The translations under genes were made by a program, and so were the position numbers. A DNA stretch of 63,768 nt, counting the filler, from Welwitschia mirabilis (lineage: Eukaryota): the NCBI GenBank assembly GCA_051453625.1. It is 6 parts of one record of this genome, joined end to end, with 100 filler letters (N's around TTAATTAATTAA, not from the genome) between each part and the next. Parts side by side here need not be neighbours in the genome. Positions count along the whole stretch, not along the records: positions 44,554 to 57,393 come from JBOZIK010000001.1; positions 57,494 to 62,170 come from JBOZIK010000001.1; positions 62,271 to 63,768 come from JBOZIK010000001.1; 3 more parts are not named here. The stretch is one strand, 5' to 3'. Below, one piece after another: positions 53,371-63,768 of this stretch. The notes under the pieces are model-generated. The model was given only the letters and a program-made list of their open reading frames with translations. It did no database searches and was not told the DNA's origin. How positions within the stretch are numbered: the first letter of the stretch is position 1; every line of letters begins with the position of its first letter.

Positions 53371-56029
53371 AGCTTTATTTCTTGGTTTAATTTATGAGAC
53401 TACTTAATCATCTTTAACTTGATTTATGTCTAACATCTATAGGTATTATCATGATTAAGTAATTCTTTACTTTGAGCTTTCCTATGATCAAGATTGTATT
53501 CAACCAATCTTAATATATTCCAATATCTACAATCAATCTCCTTAGTTTTATGGCAAAATATCAATTATGTTAATTTGATGCTTACTTTTAATCATATACT
53601 TTGTGAGCTTATCATTCCAATGATTAATTAAAGCTAAAAAAAAATGGGGATCCTAACTTAATAGAAAAGAATAAAAAAATGAAAATAAATAGGAAAATAT
53701 GAAAAAAATAAAAAAGGAAAGAAATAGAAAGAAAAATAAAAATGAATCACTCTCTTGCAATTATATCATGATGCACTACCGTAAGCATACTGGGGCACAT
53801 TTCCTTGAGAGGAACCTTTGACAATATGATATGGTAGCTATGGAAACTCCACCAAAGGATTAGTTGGCAATGATCTAGCTTTAGCTTACAGTTTCTTATA
53901 TTCTTGGTAGTGGTTGCACTCTCATCATTATGATGAAGAGCGTTGTTTAACACTCCATTCACTAAAAACTTCCTTCACTCCAAGGCACATACTTTGAGAG
54001 CATATGAGTATATTAATCATTAGATGAAATCTTATCAAAGTAATATGGTTGTCATAGCTGAAGAGTAATTGAATTATAGTCCAAACATGACTTGATACCT
54101 TGTTAAACATCATCATTAAATATTATCGTTATAACTACCCTTTCGGATGGTACTCTATGATGTTCTACATTAAATCATGCATTTCTATATCAAGTAGCTT
54201 TATAACTTACTAAGAAATTTTCCTAAGTTGGAATTTAGGCAAAAGATTAATCTTCATCATGTTCTATCTTGTCCATTTTCCTTTTTTTTCTTATCTTAGT
54301 TTGTTGGTTTATCTTTTTAAAGTTATTTTTCTTACCTTTTCTAAAACAATGTTTAGGACTTTGTCATTTTCTATTCTACTTATTACAATTTTCATCACTT
54401 AATTATTATACATAAAATCAAATTGAACTCTACCTTAACACTCTCCTTTCCTTTAAAAATCTTCCTTTTATAACCTCATTTGGCACTTAATCTTGCAATT
54501 ATGAAATATTACCCTACTTCACCTTTTCTTTATGACTTATGTAATTTTTCTATGGTGTTAAACTTAATGATTTATAATATACATAAATTTTACTTATAAT
54601 TTTTCATAGATGTATTTCACATGTTGTACTCTTAATTCTAAATGATATACATGTTTTGAGTCTTTTTACATTAGCTGGCTCACAACTTATTATTTACTTA
54701 TTTTTTTAGGGATTGAAAAATGCCAAGTGGAGGGCTANNNNNNNNNNTTTCAGGTCCTATTGATAGTTTTTTTAGTGGGCTTTAAACAAATTCTATAAAG
54801 CTTTCATATAGGTTAAAAGATGCAATAATTTTCCAAATAAGGAGCAATTTTTGGAAAATTATGAACTAAAGCAATGTGATAAACAAATAATGGTTGTTCT
54901 CTATTTCATGAGGATGATAAAGGAAATGACAGTCATAAAATTATGGTTATCCTCTATGTCTTGGGGATGATGATCGAGACAACAGTCAGTATATTTGAAA
55001 CATGCTAAGCATTAGTTGGTAAATGGGGTGTCATCCTTTATGTCATGAAGATGACATAATAGATGGCAGTTAAAATTATTTGTAAACTTAATTAANNNNN
55101 NNNNNNNNNNNNNNNNNNNNNNNNNNNNNNNNNNNNNNNNNNNNNNNNNNNNNNNNNNNNNNNNNNNNNNNNNNNNNNNNNNNNNNNNNNNNNNNATTCA
55201 ATAATTAATCAATAATATCAAAAATGCGGAGTCTAGGTTAATGCAAAAGGATTTAAAAAATGAAAAAAAAGAGGGAAATATTAAAAAAAGAAAGAGAAAG
55301 AAAAGGAAAAGAAGAATAAATCACCCTCTTGTAATTATACCATGATGTACTGCCGTAAGCATATAGAGGCAAATTTTCTTGAAAGGGGACTTTGGTTGTA
55401 TGATATGGTAGTTATGGAAAATTCACTAAAGGATTAGTTGGCCATGATCTAGCTTTAGTTTGTAGGTCCTTATTCTCTTGACAGTGGTGTCACTCCCCTC
55501 ATCATGATGAATAGCATTGTTTAACACCCCATTAACTAAAACTCCCTTCACCTTAAGGCATAGACTTTGACAACATATGAGTATATTAATCATTGGATGA
55601 TATCCTATCAAAGTACTATGATTGTCATAGCTAAAGAGGGATTGTTTTATAGTCCAAACATGACTTAATACCTTGCAAAATATAACCATTAGATATTGTC
55701 ATCATCATTACGCTTTCAAATGGTACTCTATAGTATTTAACATTGAATATTACATTTCTATATCAAGTAGCTTTATAACCTTTACCAAGAAGTTTTGCTA
55801 AGTTTAAATTTTAGGCAAAACTTTAATCTTCTTCATGTTATGTCTCATCCATTTTTCTCTTCGTCTTTTCTTAGTTTGTGGATTTTTATTTTCAAAGTCA
55901 TTTTTTTACCTCTCTCAAAATAATGTTTAGGATGTTGTCATGTTTTAATCTACTTGTTACATTTTTCATCACTCGATTATTATACATTAAATCAAATTAA
56001 GCTCTACCTTAACCATTATTTTACATGAT

Positions 56030-57393
56030 TATAACACTCCAAAAATACTAATGTAGGAAATCTTTAAACTTTAATGCCCTGATATCAAAATGTAACACCA
56101 CAATTTCTAATGTTAAAAACTTTTGACTTACTCTGATGCTATGATACCCCAAAACGAAATACTTGCTTTTCTTGGGATTTAAATTCCTTTAGGAAGGAAG
56201 GAAAGTCTTTTGTCCACATTTTAAAGAAATTTTATCAAAGATATGTTATAAAACTTCTAATATATTCAAGAAAACATCAAGTTATTACAAAATCTTTTAA
56301 GGTTTTCCAATAAAATTTTCCAATGTAATTTTTCAATTACAATATAAGAATAATGCACAAATTCAGGTCTATTACAAAAAGATACCTAAGAATCCACAAT
56401 CTTCCAATTTGATATCCAATTTAATATTTCACATACATGGGTAGAGATTCAAGGTTTTAACAAATTTCATTAGATAATAACTAGAAAATATGACCTCTAA
56501 TAAATAAATTTTATTTCAAGAAGTAAAATCATCATTCCATATAAAAATGCAAGTCACACAATTATGAATGAATAGAGTCTCTTTCTTTTCAAATGATAAT
56601 TAATCATATTGACTGTTCATGTAATCAGATAATTAACTCTAATAGCCCAATGAAATATAATAATCAGGATATTTTTCCACCATTATAGATCCAACGATCC
56701 ATCATGAACTCATGCCATCTCAGCAATTATCACTTGTCACAAAAAGATATGGAATGAGAACTATGAAAATCTCACAGCTCCCAGTATGGTCCAGGCACGA
56801 ATAGGTATTTTGATAAGATATTTCAATGATCAAGATCACAAGAAAAAGNNNNNNNNNNNNNNNNNNNNNNNNNNNNNNNNNNNNNNNNNNNNNNNNNNNN
56901 NNNNNNNNNNNNNNNNNNNNNNNNNNNNNNNNNNNNNNNNNNNNNNNNCAAGAATAGGTATTTTGATAAGATATTTCAATGATCAAGATAACAAGAAAAA
57001 GTTCAAGACTTTTAAAAAATCCAATACATACACAAAAAATAAACTCATAGTTATGAACGAGAGTATCAAATATAATATATATAATAATCATTAACTTATC
57101 TGCCTTGTTCGGTGATCTGTGAATCCCACTGCCTCATTTGGTGATCTATGGTTCTCATATAATATTTAACTTTACTTCCTCATTCAGCGATCTGTAAAGC
57201 ACACTGCCTCATTCGGAGATCTGCGGTACTCATATGCATATACGAAATCTCAATCATCATTAATTTCATTGCCTCATTTGGTGATCTGTGAATTCCACTG
57301 CCTCATTCGACACCTCATTCAGTGATTTATGGGATTCTCTCTTCACTGCCTCATTTAGGGATCTGTGAAGTCCACTGCCTTATTCGGTGATCT
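56030..57393 (-). mobile_element. Tekay/Del-like LTR fragment inserted next to Athila 3'UTR sequence
   Basis: Begins TATAACACTCC (decayed TGTAACAC). Contains PBS-like units at 56076 and 56138, shares the AGCTCCCAGTATGGTC block with 27682 and 33082, and carries the 29-bp repeats. Confidence 0.7.
57098..57393. repeat. Array of ~29-bp repeats (CACTGCCTCATTCGGTGATCTGTGAA) with variable spacers
   Basis: About nine units, often paired at 29-bp spacing and separated by AT-rich spacers of varying length. Confidence 0.9.
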
Positions 57394-57493
57394 NNNNNNN
57401 NNNNNNNNNNNNNNNNNNNNNNNNNNNNNNNNNNNNNTTAATTAATTAANNNNNNNNNNNNNNNNNNNNNNNNNNNNNNNNNNNNNNNNNNNN
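57394..57493. other. Artificial contig-joining linker N44-TTAATTAATTAA-N44
   Basis: Same exact 100-nt structure as at 8053. Confidence 0.97.
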
Positions 57494-57771
57494 CATTGCA
57501 ATTTATTTTAGAAGGTTAGGGTTATATAATTTTCTCTTGAAAGTAACTATTTTATTTCCATACTTTGGCCTTCGACGGATTATGACATTCGGATCACTCC
57601 TATCTATACTAATGTGTTATGTTTATGCTTATTATTTGTGATTAACAAGATTTAGATTAGGATGTGAATGTTGCATAAATATGCACCGCAACATCTTAAC
57701 ATCATTGTTGGGAAGGGCTTCTTAGAATTCAAGAGTTGTCGTTGCTTCGGTGAATATTCCAAATCTTTGTT
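57494..57771 (+). mobile_element. Athila-like LTR 3' end (..CACCGCAACA at 57693) with decayed PBS (57697-57714)
   Basis: The GATTATGACATTCGG..CTATACTA..GTGT block is shared with 18190-18232; the PBS-like TAACATCATTGTTGGGAA follows. Confidence 0.7.
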
Positions 57772-57871
57772 NNNNNNNNNNNNNNNNNNNNNNNNNNNNN
57801 NNNNNNNNNNNNNNNNNNNNNNNNNNNNNNNNNNNNNNNNNNNNNNNNNNNNNNNNNNNNNNNNNNNNNNN

Positions 57872-60800
57872 AACATGTGAAGAGAAAGACAATCATGAAA
57901 ATCAAATAAAAAGTACACCATGAGTTTTAGTTAAAAAAATACATAGAAGGTGAGATACAAAATATAAAAAAATAATTTCCCTTAACGTCACATAATAAAC
58001 TCTGTCTGTGCAGTTGGATCAAGATCAACAAGGAAATGAAGGTCTAATGATGTGAAAATAGAATGAATCATCTCATCTCCTTGACCACGAACAGCCTTTA
58101 GAAGATCTNNNNNNNNNNNNNNNNNNNNNNNNNNNNNNNNNNNNNNNNNNNNNNNNNNNNNNNNNNNNNNNNNNNNNNNNNNNNNNNNNNNNNNNNNNNN
58201 NNNNNNNNAATGAATCATCTCATCTCCTTGACCACGAACAGCCTCTATAAGATCTACTATAACACTTTGCTATATGAATACAATGCACTAGCACACATTA
58301 ATTAGCTATTCCTTAGAGTACTGGAATTTCCTCTCAACTATTAAAATCCTTTTCTCTAATGTCTGAGTCCTCTGATCTAAGGTATGGATCCTTTAATCTA
58401 ATCTTTAGATATTATGATCAACAAAGCTCCTAATGGTCTTAGTGGTCTCTGCCAGAAGGGACTGGATTTGCTCAAGTATTACTATAACCATAGGTCTCTA
58501 TACTTAAGGTCTCTCTGCTTCTCCTAGTACTTAGATATCCATGCCCTATAGATAGAAAGTGGAAGTCTGAATATGTGAAAGGCACTACTCACCAATGGGC
58601 TCTGGTATCCCAAATCATCTAAATAAAGCTGAGAGAAGGCATGGATAACCTAGAGTTTGTAACTATCATGCCTCGACTATCGATTTAAGTCTTCTTCATA
58701 TGAATGTCGGTAGGTCCATCTGCTCTTCTTACCTGAAAGCTACTAATATCTGTAAATGTGTGATCATTGCATAACTATTTTGAAATAATGGGATGATTTT
58801 ATGAATTAGCCCTCTATGAAAAACTCTATATGCAGGGGTCAAATATGTAACAAGCACTCTTAACTTGTCTAGGGTCAAATTTGCCAGAATATCTAATGTT
58901 GTTCCATATGCACGACACTCCTCTATCCCTCTAGCAAAATGAATATGTAAACTCCTCATTCCATCTAAGTCTATCACTACTATAATGTGGTGTAAGAGTA
59001 TGACTACCTCATGATCTCGAATAGAAGATATAATCATGTTAACTAGGTGATCATGAAAGTCTGGATGATACTCAATGTGTATGATGTCATAAAACTCCAT
59101 AGTTTTTAATACATAATAAGTTCCTCATGCATCTAGAATTTAATGGAGTTAAAGATTTAATAGTATCTAATCAACCTTAGCCTCTAGTCAGCTTATAAAG
59201 TCTCTAAAATTGCACTTAACATGGATGGTGGCTATTTCAATAGTTAATAAACATCTGTGTCAAGGTAGAGGATGTAAAGGCCCTACACACTTAACCTTTG
59301 AAGGTACTAATGAGTCCTCCTCCTACTTTATAACCTTGACCTTGACCTTAGCATATCTGGCTCTATGTGTATGGGGCCTACTCAATCAAAAATATAGAAA
59401 AAGGTTATGCAAGATTAGATAGACAAGTCAAATATGTCATGTGGATGCTCAATAATGACCCTCAAAATTTTTAAAAAAATATAAAGAATGATGAAAATAC
59501 ATCCTACCCCTGAAAGTAATAATACATCCTCTATTTTCTAGTTATGAGAAGAAAATTCTGAAATGCATGAAAAATGAAAAAGTAGTTTTTTTAAGTGGTT
59601 CCGAGATATGGTGAAAATTCGAAGTGCTCAAATGGAAAATCTAATCTAGTAGAATCATAAAACACATCTAATTGATCAATTTTCCCTAATGAACCACTAT
59701 TTTTTCATCTTCAGTTTGTAAGAAATTGAGTGTGAAAGATAAAAAGTTAAAATTTTCAGTGTAAAACACACAATTAATCATAACTTTTAAAATATGTAGT
59801 GAAATTCAAATATGTCAGTTTCAAATTGAAGAGCACAAGAAACTAATAAACATACATGAAAATTACATGTGGAAAGGTAAAAAATGAGATTAAAAATTAA
59901 AAAACAAGAAGGAAAAAAATACCTCATTTTGAGAATTTTGCAAAAAACTTAGAAATCTAGAAGTGAAACTAGCTGGGATAAAATCCAAGGTGATGGTAAG
60001 GACTAGGGGTTCTCATCTCTTTAGAAAAATGGAGAAAAATAAATAAAAAGAATTTAGGCCACAATTTTATTACACTTTCATCCAATCATGTTATCTGGAA
60101 GATAGCACTAGGACAACTATAAAAAAAATTAGACTATTATCCCTCTGGTGTTGTCTGGACTACTAGGTGGATGATGGAACTTTGAAAATTTTTGTAAGAA
60201 TAAAGATGTCAACTAAGAAAGTTAGGCTTAGATATGATCATCAAGGTATAAGAATTTATCAAAAAGCTCAAAAAGATCAGACAAGAAGAAAGAAAATTGT
60301 GAAAANNNNNNNNNNNNNNNNNNNNNNNNNNNNNNNNNNNNNNNNNNNNNNNNNNNNNNNNNNNNNNNNNNNNNNNNNNNNNNNNNNNNNNNNNNNNNNN
60401 NNNNNNNNNNNNNNNNNNNNNNNNNNNNNNNNNNNNNNNNNNNNNNNNNNNNNNNNNNNNNNNNNNNNNNNNNNNNNNNNNNNNNNNNNNNNNNNNNNNN
60501 NNATGCTAAACAAAAATGATATTGCATGAACAAATAATAAGAAAACTACTAAATGATAAGATCCTATGTAAGAATAATAAAATGTAGAAATGAATTTAAA
60601 ATAATAAACTAAAAGACTAAAGAAAAGCAAAATGAAAATGGACATAAGAAATAAAGAGAAGATTGCTTATCTACCCTAAATTCTAAACTAGCAAATCCCC
60701 AACAAAGACATCATAAATCCACTTAAGTAAAAATGCATGATAAAATGTATAAACTATATAAAATTACACTAAAAAAGGTAGTGATTATGATGATGCCTAA

Positions 60801-62170
60801 AGTTAAGTTCTTAAAATAATGAATGATAAGATCAAAAGCTACTTAGAAATAAACTCACCTGTTCACACCTCATAAACACACTTGAATTCTCAAAAGTAAA
60901 ATGATCATGTGGAAATACTAAGAGTTTAAAAAATGAACAATGCCTTTGATGATAGCAAGAACACCACTGGTCCCATAATATTAAATTTTATTACAATTAT
61001 TCCATAACAAGAGGAGTGCAATAGTCAGAGAAGTAAAAACCCATGAAGCATGACCAACTAACCCCTTAGTTGANNNNNNNNNNNNNNNNNNNNNNNNNNN
61101 NNNNNNNNNNNNNNNNNNNNNNNNNNNNNNNNNNNNNNNNNNNNNNNNNNNNNNNNNNNNNNNNNNNNNNNNNTTCTTAAAATAATGAATGATAAGATCA
61201 AAAGCTACTTAGAAATAAACTCACCTGCTCACACCTCATAAACACACTTGAATTCTCAAAAGTGAAATGATCATGTGGAAATACTAAGAGTAAAAAATGA
61301 ACAATGCCTTTGATGATAGCAAGAACTCCACTGATCCCATAATATTAAAGTTTATTACAATTGTTCCATAACAAGGGGAGTGCAATAGTCAGAAAAGTAA
61401 AAACCCATGAAGCATGACTAACTAACCCCTTAGTTAAGTTTTGACAGCTACCAACACTGCTAAAGGTTCCTTTTGAAAACATTTACCCTAGTGCAATAGG
61501 ACATCATGGTAACTATGTATTTTCTTTAAGTACAAAAAAAATTTCCACATGATCACACAGTCAAAAAGACAAAAATAAATAAGTGGCATAAGATACAGAA
61601 AAGAGTACTCCTAAACAACCAAATCTTACACCATAAAAAAAGCACAATAACTGAGACATCTTCCCTCAAAATGAAGTCCATATACATAAGAATGTCTAAA
61701 GATTAGGTAAATCAAATCTTATGATTGTAAAAATTCCCAAGTGTAAATACTAGTTATGGAAACTTCATAAAGAAACACATAAGTCAAGTTTAAAAGATGA
61801 TCAAGTGATATCATAACATTCATTAAAGGAATAAGCTAAGAAAGAATTTAGATAATAATAGATTGAAAGTCCTTCTCATTGAGGGAAACCTCCAAAACAA
61901 GTGAATTTACCATGTTCAAGATTATATTAAAAGATATTTCATATAGTTTCAACCTTTGTCCATTAACTTTTTGAATCTCCTTACTCTTTAAGGTAAAAAT
62001 ATTAATAGAGCCATTAGAATGCACTTTTCTATAAGATAAGGATCTAACCATTTAGATTTCAACTTATTATTTAAAAGATATACTCTAGTGTTGTATAAAA
62101 GGATAAGTTAACCAGGTTTAAACTTTTTAGGAAGTAATGTTTTATCATGTTTAAATTTAGCTTAGGCTAT
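57872..62170 (-). mobile_element. Athila-like element 3' internal region (integrase tail, long spacer, additional ORF)
   Basis: Integrase tail at 61848-62170 (VRSLSY..HSNGSINI..QKVNGQRLKLY), a spacer resembling the reverse complement of 13800-15050, then the extra ORF. Confidence 0.8.
57988..59450 (-). pseudogene. Athila additional post-pol ORF (env-like / ATHILA ORF-1 / Transposase_32-like), decayed
   Basis: MEFY..ISSIRDHEVVILLHHI..YRVFHRGLIHKIIP..MITHLQIL..MDLPTFI..LGYPCLLSALF..FGIP matches the EFY / VRG / LH..I.P / LPYP.L pattern. Same strand as, and downstream of, integrase. Ends approximate. Confidence 0.7.
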
Positions 62171-62270
62171 NNNNNNNNNNNNNNNNNNNNNNNNNNNNNN
62201 NNNNNNNNNNNNNNTTAATTAATTAANNNNNNNNNNNNNNNNNNNNNNNNNNNNNNNNNNNNNNNNNNNN
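62171..62270. other. Artificial contig-joining linker N44-TTAATTAATTAA-N44
   Basis: Same exact 100-nt structure as at 8053. Confidence 0.97.
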
Positions 62271-62481
62271 CCTCATAGGAGTCCTATATGTGGAATACAG
62301 GACCCGCAAAGAGAGGGAAGAGAAAGTAAATTTCTAGAACCATGTCATTCAGGTAAATACAGATCTGGATGTTAACTTATTTCAAAAAAAGGGGGGAAAG
62401 ATTTCGGGAATGTTATGATTGAATTTAGTGGTTATGAGATAGGCATTAAGTTAATGTTAGAAATGTTATGATTAAGTGCAG

Positions 62482-62592
62482 TGATTTGAAGTGCTTGATG
62501 GACTCTTAGGATGCCCATGGAAAACAGTGGGACTGGCTTTCAACTGCACATTTCTACTATTTGGATCAGTGATACAACTCATAGGCTATGCT
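62482..62592 (+). pseudogene. AUX1: AUX1/LAX auxin influx carrier single-exon fragment
   Basis: After a TGCAG acceptor: *FEVLDGLLGCPWKTVGLAFNCTFLLFGSVIQLIGYA, versus AUX1/LAX WFEVLDGLLGxxWKAxGLAFNCTFLLFGSVIQLIACA. The first codon has decayed from TGG to TGA. The exact paralog (AUX1 vs LAX) is not resolvable. Confidence 0.93.
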
Positions 62593-62950
62593 TTCATCGC
62601 AGTAAGACAAATATCATTGTTACTATCAAAGGATTTTAGACCTTGGACAATAGCTATGAGGATAGAATTTATCTAATTCTATTGAAGAACATTGGAAGAA
62701 ATTTCTTCACAGACATATCCTAGGGTTTCTAGAGTTACTTATTTCAAAACGGTGATTTTTTACCTTTGTGAAACTCCCATATTGGTAAGCAAAACTCTGA
62801 CCAATTTTGGCAACTTGTAGCAGGGAATTTCTTAGTCCTACATAGGCAATAAGAAAAACCTCGGTAAGTTTTGTTCCTAAATGACAAAGATGATCCTAAA
62901 CAACATTCCAAGCATTTTCATTAGGCGATTGAACATTAATAAGGAACTGT
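62589..62950 (-). pseudogene. KPNB1: Importin beta-1 (karyopherin beta 1) N-terminal HEAT-region fragment
   Basis: Minus translation EIPCYKLPKLVRVLLTNM..LK*VTLETLGYVCEEISSNVLQ*N*INSILIAIVQGLKSFDSNNDICLTAMKA, versus plant importin beta ELPQKQWPELI.SLLSN..KQATLETLGYLCEEVSPDVV.Q..VNKILTAVVQGM....NNDVRLAATRA. Confidence 0.85.
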
Positions 62951-63067
62951 ATTATATCTACTACCATTTCAGAAATTGAAAAGAAAGAAACAATATGAAA
63001 GTGTAGCCAAAGAGTTCTAGAAACAAAGATGAAGTAGAAATCCTGCCTTGATTTGATTCACAGAAGA

Positions 63068-63277
63068 CGAGCAACGAGCAATGAGTGAGCAACAAGCAAC
63101 GAGCAACGAGCAATGAGCGAGTAAGAAGCAACGAGCAATGAGCGAGCAACGAGCAATAAGTGAGCCATGAGTAACAAGCAATGAGCATGTAATAAGGTAA
63201 TGTCGAGCTAGCGAGAAGCGAGGAGCTAATAGTGTACGAGCGCAAAGCGAGCGAGGAGTAATCACGGAGCTAGCGAG
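63068..63277. repeat. GC-rich short tandem repeat (GAGCAAC/GAGCAAT 7-mers with 11-mer variants)
   Basis: Directly visible; lies just inside the CACTA subterminal region. Confidence 0.9.
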
Positions 63278-63582
63278 TTACATTTGAGGTGTTTCATTTG
63301 ACTAAACCACACACGTTGGGTAAGGGTTTTGCTTTTAGCAGCACACATAGGTGTATTTTTTAAGGTTTTTTAAGATTAACCTTTTAAGGCGTTTGTTTTG
63401 TTAAACGCCTTAAAAGCCATTGCCCAATAAACGCCTTAAAAGTTCAAAAAGATCGCCACCTTTTTATGGCATTTGTCTCTTAAACACCTTAAAATATCAA
63501 AATATTTAAGCGATCTGATCAGCGGGGGATTTTAAAGCGTTTATTAAAAAAACACTTTTAAAAGCCTCTATTTCTTATAGTA

Positions 63583-63768
63583 TGTTGGTTAAAAACTAGT
63601 TAATACTCTTCTTAATTAATCTAAATTATAGAGAGACTATTCTTTATGGCAGAAGGATTATGAACCAAGAGAGTTCATTTCATTTCCACTTGCATTACAT
63701 TTACTTATTTATTTCATTATAGTTTTTATAAGATAAAAGATTAAAAACATATTGAAAATCAATTCTCT
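63583..63768 (+). mobile_element. Athila-like LTR fragment (CACTA insertion target)
   Basis: Collinear with 17946-18170 (GGTTAAAAACTAGTTAA..CACTTGCATTACATTTACTT..TTTATAAGATAAAAGAT). Confidence 0.85.

Larger units (their letters stand above)
47821..55096 (+). mobile_element. Internally deleted (non-autonomous) Athila-like element
   Basis: 5' LTR TGTTG(47821)..CATCACAACA(49834); PBS TGGCATCATTGCTAGGGA at 49838-49855; gag-PR; integrase tail; 3'UTR; purine tract at ~54725-54735; start of a 3' LTR (54750-55096) matching 47870-48215. Confidence 0.85.
62271..63582 (-). mobile_element. CACTA (En/Spm) transposon end, probably carrying captured gene fragments
   Basis: Decayed TIR TTCTTATAGTA at 63572-63582 (cf. 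TTCTTGTAGTG = rc CACTACAAGAA). Direct and inverted subterminal repeats AAACGCCTTAAAA/TTTTAAGGCGTTT at ~63355-63565. Athila LTR sequence resumes right after the TIR. The other end is not in the scaffold. Confidence 0.75.

Noticed and set aside
57098-57393. CRISPR array
   Set aside because: Plant LTR context, irregular and often absent spacers, degenerate repeats, no cas genes.
62491-62676. Functional 61-aa AUX1-like CDS
   Set aside because: A single truncated exon with an in-frame TGA at its first codon; the C-terminal part is antisense importin sequence.
62961-63265. Leu/Ala/Cys-rich ORFs
   Set aside because: These are translations of the GAGCAAC tandem repeat.

Overview
AT-rich, heavily CpG-depleted plant nuclear DNA from a fragmented draft assembly. 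No intact protein-coding gene, RNA gene or CRISPR array is visible. The window is six separate sequences joined by an artificial 100-nt linker (N44-TTAATTAATTAA-N44) at 8053, 28708, 44454, 57394 and 62171, and many internal gaps are flanked by duplicated, diverged sequence. Most of it is decayed, nested LTR retrotransposons: several Ty3/Gypsy Athila-like copies (TGTTG..CAACA termini, tRNA-Asp-type PBS, gag-PR-RT-RH-IN remnants, an extra post-pol ORF, one solo LTR with a perfect 5-bp TSD), Ty1/Copia pol remnants, and a Tekay/Del-like LTR family. Three things stand out. (1) A CACTA end lies next to two fused, oppositely oriented host-gene fragments, an AUX1/LAX exon and an importin-beta-1 segment (62482-62950), i.e. 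a probable Pack-CACTA chimera. (2) One LTR family ends in a tandem array of ~59-bp units, each holding an LTR terminus plus a tRNA-iMet PBS (31153-31346; also ~26172 and ~56030). (3) A GC/CpG-retaining island (29160-30345) holds an unidentified decayed reading frame of ~330 codons. All family assignments come from motif recognition by eye; no database search was run.
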